64,000 bases of DNA, taken from NCBI RefSeq assembly GCF_009914755.1, contig NC_060936.1; one strand, 5' to 3'. The position numbers and the translations under genes are program-made. How positions within the stretch are numbered: the first letter of the stretch is position 1; every line of letters begins with the position of its first letter. Below the pieces are notes generated by a model, which saw nothing but the letters and a program-made list of their open reading frames with translations, was not told the DNA's origin and did not search any database. Source of the stretch: the human T2T-CHM13v2.0 reference genome, Homo sapiens. This document shows positions 1 to 61,599 of the stretch, in pieces.

Positions 1-305
<305 letters not shown>

Positions 306-311
<6 letters not shown>

Positions 312-592
312 GATGGCTTACGTCTATAATCCTAACACTTTGGGAGGCCGAGGCGGGAGGATCACTTGGGCCCAGGAGTTTGAGACTAGCCTGGGCAACA
401 TAGTGAGATCTCATCTCTACAAAAAATACAAAAATTAGTAGGGTGTGGTGGCATGCACCTGTAATCCCAGCTGCTTGGGAGGGTGAGGCAGGAGGATCAC
501 CTAAACCCAGGTAGTCAAGGCTGCAGTGAGTGGCGATTGAGCCACTGCACTCCAGCCTGGGTGACAGAGTGAGACCCTGTCTCAAAAAAAAG
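306..592 (+). mobile_element. AluJ-like
   Basis: Diverged sense Alu with A tail. Confidence 0.9.
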
Positions 593-1290
<698 letters not shown>

Positions 1291-2269
1291 TTAATAAGAC
1301 CGCACAAAACAAAAAAGAAACATGTCCTTCCTCGGTGGGCCTAGTAACGGTTTCCAAATGCAAATCCCATCTTGCCATCCCACCCTCTCCTAAACTCTTC
1401 CTGGGTATTTCTTTGAGTTTGGGGTGAAGACCCCGTTAGCTTGGCTTTCCAGGCCAGGGTGGGCTGGGCTGGGGTTCCCTGAGTACTTTCCAGGAGTACA
1501 GGCTTCGCCATCTCTAGCAATCTCGGCCCTCACGGTCTGCCCTGATCACCTCAGCACGTAGCCACCTGTTCACTCATTTTTCTCTTGCAATTTTGCCACG
1601 GGTGGTGCAATCTTTGCTCTTCTTGTCCCCCACCCCTAAGCGCTGGGAGCTCCTGCAGGCGGGTCTTGTTCTCACTGTGTCAACTGCAGCACTTACCTCG
1701 CAGCGTGTGCTCTCTGGGCAGGCCGGTGTGCAGCAGGCACTCCAGGATGTGAGTGAATGCTATGGCTGACTACGGGGCACTGTGGAACCTCTTTATTGGG
1801 AAAACAAACATGGTGGGCCAGGAGACCTCTTGTCCCTTCCAGCTCGGTGGCTTCTGGCCCCCAGTCCAGGGTCGGGAGTCTGTGTGTCCTGCGGCCTGGA
1901 GGATGAGCTGGGTGCAGGTAAAAGGCATCCAGGACTTGCTGATCCAGCCCAGGGCATCAGGCTGTCCAGCTGCTGGGCTGCTCTGGGAGGCAGCATGGAG
2001 GGTCCTGGCTGAAGTGTGTGTTTCTGGGCTGTTACTTTAGGACTGTACTGAAGGCTGGGTTGGTGAGCATTGTTTAGAATCATGCATTTGCAAAAGCAGT
2101 GCTTGCACGTGGTGAAAGCCATTCCAACTAGCGCGCAATGTGTACGGTGAACAGCACTAACTTTTCCCCGGTCCTCTCTCCCAGAGCAATCGCTGTTGGC
2201 TGTGTCTTCTGTGAGTGAGCCCCCGGGCTCTTTTGGCTGCCGGCGGTGTGACTTTGGACACATTCTCCA

Positions 2270-2350
2270 ACTTTTCTCCGCCTTGATTTCCTCATCTGTA
2301 AAACAGGGACATAACAGCAAGTGCCTCGTGGAATCATTGAATGGATGCAC
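2270..2350. mobile_element. MIR fragment
   Basis: TTTCCTCATCTGTAAAA core. Confidence 0.6.
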
Positions 2351-2824
2351 TAATCGCTGGAAAGTGCGCTGCTTGGCCTAAGTGATGAGTTAGCTGTCAT
2401 TATAGTTAGGAACGACCATGTACACATTACAGGCGTTTCACACACACACACATCCCAATCCTACCGCTTTCTTAAAACGACAGACAGTACAGTGCCCTGT
2501 TCCATATTTTGCTTTTACTTAATTATAATCTTTGGAGAACTCACCCTTGAGCACAGGTATATTTACCTCTGTGCAGTGTTCCACAGGACCGATGCGCAGC
2601 CCATCTAGCTAACCTTTCCTCCCCAGCGGATTTATGGGCTATGTCGTTGGTTTGGGTGACAACTTTTTGGTCTACAATTTTTTTTTTTTTTTTTTGCAAT
2701 TTGGCATTATGGAACTCAACTTTAAATGCCTAACCTCTAACTCAGCCATTCTATTTCTAAGAATTAATTCTGCGCAGTCCCCCGTTTTGGGAACATTTCC
2801 CACGCCTGTTCTCCATTCTCCTGT

Positions 2825-3102
2825 AGAAGGGGAACAGGGAGCGGGAAGGAGGGGAACAGGGAAGGGGAGGGAGGGGAACAGGGAGGGGGGACAGGAGGGA
2901 GGAGAACAGGCAGTGGGGGCGGGAGGGGAGCGGGGGGGAAGGCATGGGAGGGGGCGGAAGGGAGGGGGCAGGGAGGGAGAGAGGTGATGGGAAGGGGAAA
3001 AGGAGGGAGGAGGACGGAGAGAGGGGAAAGGAGGGAGGGGAGCAGAGAAGAAGCGGGGCGGGGAAGGGGCGGGGAAGGGGCGTGGAAGGGAGTGGGGCAA
3101 GG
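2825..3102. repeat. Polypurine G/A-rich tract upstream of ULK1
   Basis: About 280 bp almost entirely G/A with many GGG runs. Confidence 0.85.
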
Positions 3103-3722
3103 AATCAACACTGAGCCCCGTGGCCCGCTCCCGGGTCAGCGCGCCTCTCTGCTCTCACCGGGGCGGGTCCGCTGTTGGCCCCACCCACTCCCAGCCCACC
3201 CGGCCCCGCAATGGCCCGGCCCAGCCGCCCACCCCCCCGACAGGCCCCGCCCCATTCCCCGCCCCCCGTCTGTTCGTCACGCCCGGCTCTGCCGCTCCGT
3301 CCCGCAGGCCCCGCCCTCATCCCGCCTCCCGGCCCGGCGCGCAGTGCGGCTGCGCGGGCGTCTCAGGCTCTGAGGCCCGGGCGCCGCGGCTCTTTTGTTT
3401 CTCCGTTGGGGCCGAGCCCGGGCCCTAGTTGGAGCCGGAGTCGGAGTCGGAGTCGGATCCGGATTCGGATTAGCAGCCCGGGAAGAGTGCCGTGGCACAG
3501 GCGCCGGAGGGAGCGCGACCCTCGGACCCCGCCTGGCCCGCGGGGCTGGGACCCGGCCCCGGCCTGCCCGATGGGGCGCGCGGCCCCGGAGATGCGCCCT
3601 CGCCCGGCCCCGCGCCCCCGGCCCCGCGCCCCCGGCCCGCCCGCCCCGGCCCGCGCCTCCGCCTGAGTCCCCCGCGCCTTGGCCCGCCACCCCCCGCCCC
3701 GCGCCCCCGGCCCGCCTGCGCC

Positions 3723-33309
<29,587 letters not shown>

Positions 33310-35105
33310 CCTTTCTGGCCTGGCTGGGCCCCCCGTCCTGCCGAGCCCTGCAGAGTGGGCTCTGTGTGCTGGCTGGACTCCTCGGGACAAGCCCATGGCG
33401 CTGATCGCTGGTGCTGAGCCCTGCCCTGGGCCCCACGGACAGTCAGCCTGCCGGCCTCCCTGCAGCTCACGGGGCAGAACCAGCACATCTGGAGCCACAC
33501 AGCTTGGGGGGTGTCTCCCATCTTTTACAGGTGGGGATCACAGAATTTCTGCCCCTCCAGCTGCCTGGCTCAGCAGGCGTGGGTGCCACCACCCTCTAGC
33601 CCCAGGGCAGCCCCGGAGGACAGGCAAGGGCCTGAGACCACTGCCGACTCAAAGCCAAAGCGAGCTCCTGCTTAGGGCAGGTCAGCAGGCACTGTGCCCA
33701 GGAAGAGCCTGCGGCCTCGGCGTCCCCCAGTCTCCAGGAGCCTCTCCCTCCGAGATACCCACCCAGCTTTGTCAATCACCCAAGCACTTTATGCATATAG
33801 AGACAGAACCTGGACCTCACCAGGGACTGCTGGGCAGCGATTCCTGGCAGTGGCCTGGTGTTTGTACATACACATATGCAGACACATGCCAGGGCCCCCC
33901 AAGCCCGAGCACCGGACCACGTTGCTGCCCAGGTCTGGACCTCAGCGGGAGAACTGGCTCCGGGGGGAGTGGGGCCCTGCGCTAGAGGCAGAGGCAGTTC
34001 TTTGTTCAAGCGTTCCTCTGGGGACCGGCAGCAGAGGCACCGTGTTCTCTCAGCCCTGGATACGTCTTGTAATCTTTCACACTTTATTCCTAAAACGTGT
34101 CTTATTTTTATGCAGCTCATTTTTTCTTTAAAGGAGAAAACTTGTAGGTGTTTAAGAATTGGTTTTGGGAGGGCGAGGACTGGGCCAGGTTAGAGGCAGA
34201 TGGCACAGGGGCGTGTGGCGGGCGGGTGAGGCTGCTTTGCACACCTGTGTTGGTGGCTGTCCCCTGCCGCCCCTCCCTGTGGCAGCAGCAGGACAGGTGT
34301 GTGCCCAGCACCCTCCCTACCTGGGCCTGGAAGCAGATGAGGGGAATACTTCATGCAAAGAAAAAAGTAACATGTGCAAAAGCTCCCCGTCCAGCTTTGA
34401 CAGTCAGTTTTGATGTCAGCTCCTCGGCAGGGTAGGCCTGATGACAGCCCTGTCCCTCCCTGCCTCTGCCTTGCCCAAGGCCACGGAGGGCGTCTGCAGA
34501 GAGGCCTGCCTTCCGGATTCCAGGCGGGCATGCCCTGCAAACCCCGCCTGGGCCTCCCTTGGTCTGCCCAGCCCTCGGTTAGCCCTGCCTGAATCAGTAG
34601 ATACTTGAACGAGTCCCCAGTCTGCGGGAGGCAGTGGTGGGGCCATGGACCCATGCGGGGGGTTCCAGGGTCACACGCCACATAACAGACAAAAATACAC
34701 ACACGTGTGTTTTTCTTTGCAATACTTGAAATATTGCCACTGTGCTTGGACTTAGAAGAAGAAAATCCCCGTGACTTCTTCCTCATCACCTTGATGGCTT
34801 TATTCTCACCTTGTGGGGCATGTTTGTATTTATTGCTTCATGGCCGACTGGAATCCTGAGTCCTGGGAAGCTGGCACTGCGGGGATCTTGCCCGGTGTCC
34901 TGGTCCTCTTGCTTCCGTCGCGGCCGCATGTGCGTGTGTCCAAGCAGGTCCTGGGCGCCTCAACTGCTGCCCCTGGTTGAATGTTCTCTTGATAGTGCTG
35001 GACCCTTTGTCTATTTTAAAGCGAATTTTGTGTGATTTCCTGCCCTTTGCGTTATATTGTATAATACCAACGTAAGGAAATAAACCTTTGGAATTGTTGG
35101 GCTGG
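33310..35105 (+). other. ULK1: ULK1 3' UTR (about 1.8 kb; end approximate)
   Basis: From stop codon to about 20 nt past AATAAA, followed by GT/T-rich sequence. Confidence 0.85.
35079..35084 (+). terminator. ULK1 polyadenylation signal AATAAA
   Basis: AATAAA with upstream TGTA and downstream GU-rich tract. Confidence 0.85.
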
Positions 35106-35617
35106 TGTCACCACTTGTCTTCGTTGGCTTGTCACTGTTTTCAGGGTTCTGTCATTTTCTTTCTCAGCCGAGGCGCAGGAGCCCAGGGCCCCTCCACAGG
35201 TGCCCACAATGGTCGACACAGCCCTGGGAGCAGAGCCCCAGGGCAGAAGCTGGATGTGTTGAGGGACAATGCAAACCCCTGCGCCACAGGAAGCCTCTCC
35301 CGCCAGGCTGGGGGTCCTGCACAGGGTGAAGAGAGTCCAGAGGGCAGGGCATCTGCCTTGGTATAGCTTTGGGCACCTGCTTTGACTCCTTTGGGGGATA
35401 CACCTAGGAGGGGCTTTCGGGGCCACGTGGAGCTGTGTGTTAACTTCCAAGAAGCAACACGGTTCGTTCACTGCAGCCTCTGAGCAGCTGGGCCTCCAAG
35501 GCCTTGCCGTGTGGTTTTGATTTGCATTTCCCCGAGGGGTCATGACGTGGAGCATCACAGGTACTTGGCGGCCATTTGTGTGTCTTTGGAGGAACATCTA
35601 AATCCTTTGCCTCCCCC

Positions 35618-36450
<833 letters not shown>

Positions 36451-36961
36451 GAGTTCGCATTTTTAAAACTATATATTGTTTTTATTAGATAAAAATAACT
36501 TGCTAAAAACTGCTAACCGCAGTAAGAAGTGAAAGTTCATTGAGAGGTTGGTGTTCTCGAGGAAGGGGAAGGCGGAGACCTTGATTTCTGAGTCCCAAGA
36601 GGGGCTGCTTCCAAACTGAGCCTCCTCAGACAGGAACAGCTGCACTCGGCACCGGGTGAGAAGGTGTGGTGGAGCAGCTGCCAGGCTGTGGGCGCCGTGA
36701 TCCTCCTGGTACTTCTGAAACGTAAAGAAATGCCCAGACGGTCACTACAAACATGGAATTTTGTTGGTGTTAATATCATTTTTTAGAGCAGTTTTATATC
36801 TGTAGGAAAATTGAGTAGGACGTACAGAGAGATCTGCCCTCTCCCCTGTCAGTAACACGTCACATTCGTGCAGTGCCTTTGTCTCTGCTTTTGAACCCAA
36901 TATTCATATTTTAGATTTTTAAAAATCATGGACACTTCTAATACTACAGGTTCTGTCATAG

Positions 36962-37479
<518 letters not shown>

Positions 37480-37673
37480 CTTTTTTTTTTTTTTTTTTTT
37501 TTTTTTGAGACAGTCTCGCTATGTTGTCCGGGCTGGAGTGCAGTGGCGGGAACTCGGCTCACTGCAACCTCCACCTCCCAAGGTTCAAGCGACTTTTGTG
37601 CCCCAGTCTCCTGAGTAGCTGGGATTACAGGCGTGAGCCACTGCACACAGCCTGGCTAATTTTTGTATTTTTA

Positions 37674-39194
37674 TTTATTTATTTATTTATTATTATTTTT
37701 TATTGATCAGTCTTGGGTGTTTCTCACAGAGGGGGATTTGGCAGGGTCACAGGACAATAGTGGAGGGAAGGTCAGCGGATAAACAAGTGAACAAAGGTCT
37801 CTGGTTTTCCTAGGCAGAGGACCCTGCGGCCTTCTGCAGTGTTTGTGTCCCTGGGTACTTGAGATTAGGGAGTGGTGATGACTCTTAACGAGCATGCTGC
37901 CTTCAAGCATCTGTTTAACAAAGCACATCTTGCACCGCCCTTAATCCATTTAACCCTGAGTGGACACAGCACATGTTTCAGAGAGCACAGGGTTGGGGGT
38001 AAGGTCACAGATCAACAGGATCCCAAGGCAGAAGAATTTTTCTTAGTACAGAACAAAATGAAAAGTCTCCCATGTCTACCTCTTTCTACACAGACACGGC
38101 AACCATCTGATTTCTCAATCTTTTCCCCACCTTCCCCCCTTTGTATTCCACAAAACCGCCATTGTCATCATGGCCCGTTCTCAATGAGCTGTTGGGTACA
38201 CCTCCCAGACGGGGTGGTGGCCGGGCAGAGGGGGCTCCTCACTTCCCAGTAGGGGCGGCCGGGCAGAGGCGCCCCTCACCTCCCTGACGGGGTGGCTGGC
38301 CTGGTGGGGGCTGACCCCCACCTCCCTCCAGGACGGGGTGGCTGCCGGGCGGAGACGCTCCTCACTTCCCAGACGGGGTGGCTGCCGGGCGGAGGGGCTC
38401 CTCACTTCTCAGACGGGGCGGTTGGCAGGCAGAGGGTCTCCTCACTTCTCAGACGGGGCGGTTGGCAGGCAGAGGGTCTCCTCACTTCTCAGACGGGGCA
38501 GCCGGGCAGAGACGCTCCTCGCATCCCAGACGGGGCGGCAGGGCAGAGGTGCTCCCCACATCTCAGACGATGGGCGGCCGGGCAGAGACGCTCCTCACTT
38601 TCCAGACTGGGCAGCCAGGCAGAGGGGCTCCTCACATCCCAGACGATGGGCGGCCAGGCAGAGAAGCTCCTCACTTCCCAGACGGGGTGGCGGCCGGGCA
38701 GAGGCTGCAATCTCAGCACTTTGGGGGGGCCAAGGCAGGCGGGTGGGAGGTGGAGGTTGTAGCGAGCCGAGATCACGCCACTGCACTCCAGCCTGGGCAC
38801 CATTGAGCACTGAGTGAACGAGACTCCCGTCTGCAATCCCGGCGCCTCGGGAGGCGGAGGCTGGCGGATCACTCGCGGTTAGGAGCTGGAGACCAGCCCC
38901 GCCAACACAGCGAAACCCCATCTCCACCAAAAAAATAGGAAAACCAGTCAGGCGTGGCGGCGCGCGCCTGCAATCGCAGGCACTCGGCAGGCTGAGGCAG
39001 GAGAATCAGGCAGGGAGGTTGCAGTGAGCCGAGATGGCAGCAGTACCGTCCAGCTTCCGCTCGGCATCAGAGGGAGACCGTGGAAAGAGAGGGAGAGGGA
39101 GACCGTGGGGAGAGCGAGAGCGAGAGGGGGAGGGGGAGGGAGAGGGAGAGCGAGAGCGAGAGCGAGAGCGAGAGGGAGAGGGAGAGGGAGAGAG
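37674..39194 (-). mobile_element. Full-length SVA retrotransposon (subfamily not determined)
   Basis: On the minus strand: (CCCTCT)n hexamer about 39087-39194, Alu-like about 38700-39085, GC-rich VNTR about 38200-38700, SINE-R about 37705-38200, polyA; TSD ATTTTTGTATTTTTA at 37659-37673 and 39195-39209. Confidence 0.96.
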
Positions 39195-40284
39195 ATTTTT
39201 GTATTTTTAGAGACAGGGGTTTTGCCACGCTGGCCAGGCTGGTCTCAAACTCCTGGCCTTAAGTGATCCGCCCTCCTGGCCTCCCAAAGCGTTAGGATTA
39301 CAGGCATGAGCCACTGTGCCTGGCCTCATTTCTTTTTAGAGCTGCATAGTATTCCATTGTCTGTAGGTACCACAGTTTTTCCATTCACCTGCCGACATAT
39401 CGGTTGTTTCTGCGTTTGGGCAGTGGTAAATAAAGCTGCTGTAAAGGTCCTTGTGCCAGAGCCAGGTGGTGAGGGTGGGCCCAGGGGAAGCCATGGCAGT
39501 ACAGGAAGGACCTCATCCCTGCACACACTGGCCATGTGGGGGCGGGGCTCCAAGCCAGGGGGACCAGGCCTTGGTGCCCACACTGCCACAGAACTGTGGC
39601 CCCCCTGGGTGCCTGTCCAAACCCCCCCACCTCAGTCCTGGAGCCTGGGCTGGTGGAGGGGTGCCCTCCTGGGGGGTCACTTAGTACAGCTGAGCCACCC
39701 TCCCAGCTGGACAATTGCATCTCCCTCCTGCCTCCCCTTCCTGCCTCGGCCACCAGCTCCTCACAAGCCACTCGCAGCCCACTGAGTGCCCCTTGGGAAG
39801 GGGTGTCAGATTGGATCCCTGGGGCTCCCATCTCACTCATAGCCAATGCCAAGTCCTCGGTGGCCCACGAGGCCCCACACAACCTGGCCCCGGACCCCTT
39901 GGTCCTCTTTTCCTATCAGTCCCTCCAGTCATCACGCAGCCCTGTGGTTTCTCTACCTGCATACTCCAGGTGGGCACAGTGCCCAGGCCCCACTGAGTCC
40001 TCACCTGTAGGAGAAGGCACAGCCCCTGGAGGGCGGGAGTGGGGCTGCTGCAGACGGCTGTCTCCTGCCTCCTGGCTCTTGCACTGCCAGGAACACGCTC
40101 TCCCCAACACCTCCATGGCTCATTCCCCAAATTCAAGCTTGTAGTTGGTTGAATTGTGGCCCCAGAGATGGGATTAAGGATTTTGAGATTATGCCAGATT
40201 ATCTGCGCGGGCCCAGGATCATATGAGTTTGTCTAAGGGAAAGCAGGAGACAGGAGGGCAAGCTTGGGAGAGGAGGCAAGGAAG

Positions 40285-40850
<566 letters not shown>

Positions 40851-41685
40851 CCCCTCTACCGTGCGGGTGAAGGGCAGGGCGGAGCCGCCCCTGCGCCCCA
40901 GCGTCTGTGGAACGGGGACGGGGAGCGGGGCTGGGGCCACACGAGGGCCGCACAGGGTGGGTGCCACTGAGGGTCTGGGGGCCGAGCCCGTGGGAGCGGA
41001 CCCGGCAACGGAGAGGAGCGGGGCCAGCGTGGGCTCAGCGCTTCCCCTGCTCCGCTGGGCGGGCGACAGCACCCGGGAGGCGGCGGCGGAGCGACCAGTC
41101 GCGCGGCCGCGGTGCTGGATGCAGGAGGGCCTGGTGCCCCGCCCTCAACACCCTAATCCCCGCCCCACCCCACCCCCACCCCCTAGTCTCCGCCCCCATC
41201 ACCCCCTCCGTCTCTGTTCCCGCCCTGCCTCTTCTCCCGAATTAGTTTTGTCCGCGCTCGGCCGCCGTGCAGTCGGTCGTTCCACTTCCGCCTTCGCCCA
41301 CGTGGTCCGGCTCCGGCTCAGTCAGCCGCGTCGCGAATGGGGCAGGAGCGAGCCTCTCTGGTCCCGACGCGGGTGGCCCGGGTCTCCTCGACTCCTGAGG
41401 AAAGCCCACCGGGCGGGGCGGGAGGTGAAGAGGCTGGGGAAGTCAGAGGTTAACCTGGGCGTCAGGGGACGTTGGAGTTGATCCGTCAGGGTCCCGGGGC
41501 GGTCTGGGGGCAGTAGAGACGGGGCTTGGGCGCGGGGCCTGAGAGGTCAGGGGTCAGCAGGAGTGAGGCTGGGGCGTCCAGGTCCGAGAGGTCAGGGGTC
41601 AGCTGGAGAGGGGCTGGGGCGCCGGTTTCCCGGAGGTCAGGGGTCAGAAGGAACAGGGCTGCAGCGTCAGGGTCCGAGAGGTTAG

Positions 41686-55636
<13,951 letters not shown>

Positions 55637-55879
55637 GGCGATGGGAGCTGCCCACCAGAGTGCCTCTGAGCAGCTCACAGTGTGTGCCCAGATGTGCCAC
55701 CCCTGTGGGCAGCAAGAAGCTGGGATCGCTGCAGCCATGTTTTCCCGGCCATGCCGGCGTTGTAACCTCAGGACCTTCCCTTGTAGGAACAGCCTTTCTC
55801 GAATCTGTTTTCAGCTCTTGCATTGCATAGATGAACCTCAGCATGTAAAGAACTATTTTTTTAAAGAAGTGATTTTCTT

Positions 55880-55885
55880 ATTAAA
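55880..55885 (+). terminator. PUS1 polyadenylation signal ATTAAA
   Basis: ATTAAA 244 nt after the stop; upstream TGTA, downstream T-rich tract. Confidence 0.75.
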
Positions 55886-56019
55886 CAAGTACAAATTTTG
55901 CTTAGTCAATCCTTGGTTTGCCTTTTTCTTAGTCTTTTTTAACATTTTTTTCGTCCACAGAGATGAGCACAGCATGGTGTCCCGTTGAGAACAGATACGG
56001 CTGAACAAAAGAGAAAGGC

Positions 56020-56752
<733 letters not shown>

Positions 56753-57532
56753 TCAGCACTGTCCCGGTGCCAGGCAGGTGGGGGTTGGGGCAGAGGGCAG
56801 AAGGAAAGGGTGCATCGCGGAACAGGCCCTTAGTGGAGCTTACTGGAAGACCCCACCAGCCGCTGCTGCACGTCATTGGTCACAGGTGCATCCAGCGGCC
56901 CTTCGTAGCTGCAAGGGAGGCTGGGGAAGACTGCTTTTGAAGTGGCGCTTAGCGTGGAACAAAACACACTGCGTTAGCCAGGAGCAGGGGATCCTTGGCT
57001 GGCGGGCTGCCAGGAGCCCAGGGAGGGGCTCAGCGGAGGAAGTGCCGTGCATACACGTGGCCTCCCAGCCTGCAGCCCGTGGGCGCACGTGACCAATGCA
57101 CGAGTGCCTGATGCCCCAGCGGTGCACACAACTAATGCGCATGCGCCTGACGTGCCAACAATGCATGTGACTAATGCGCAGTCGCCTGTCGCCCCAGCAG
57201 TGCGTGAGTGACATGTGCACGTGCCCATGATGCGGTGGACACCGTGTGTGAGAAGTGGGGCAGGACAGGTGGGATTGGGAGATGCTTCAGGCAGTGAGCT
57301 CCTAGGGCGTGGGGTGCCCAAGAGAGTGGAGCTGGTTTTAGGGATTTTGGCCAGAGGAGCAGTGGGGCTCACTGCTTCGGGAGCCAGGGAGTGCAGGTGT
57401 GAGGCCCACTGGGCTTTGGGTTTGAGGGATGGATGAGCTGGGCCGTTAACTGGAACGGGAGACAGGGAAAGGAATGGGTTTGGAGAACAAGCAGGAGCTT
57501 GGTTCTAAGCATGTTAATTTTACCTGGGATAG

Positions 57533-61575
<4,043 letters not shown>

Positions 61576-61599
61576 CAGGGTTTGGGTCTTGCATGTGAG

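Noticed and set aside
1318-1327. p53 half-site AAACATGTCC upstream of ULK1
   Set aside because: Only one decamer with no adjacent second half-site; not supportable from sequence alone
37872-38930. ORFs in the ULK1-PUS1 intergenic region
   Set aside because: SVA VNTR/SINE-R/Alu-like translations
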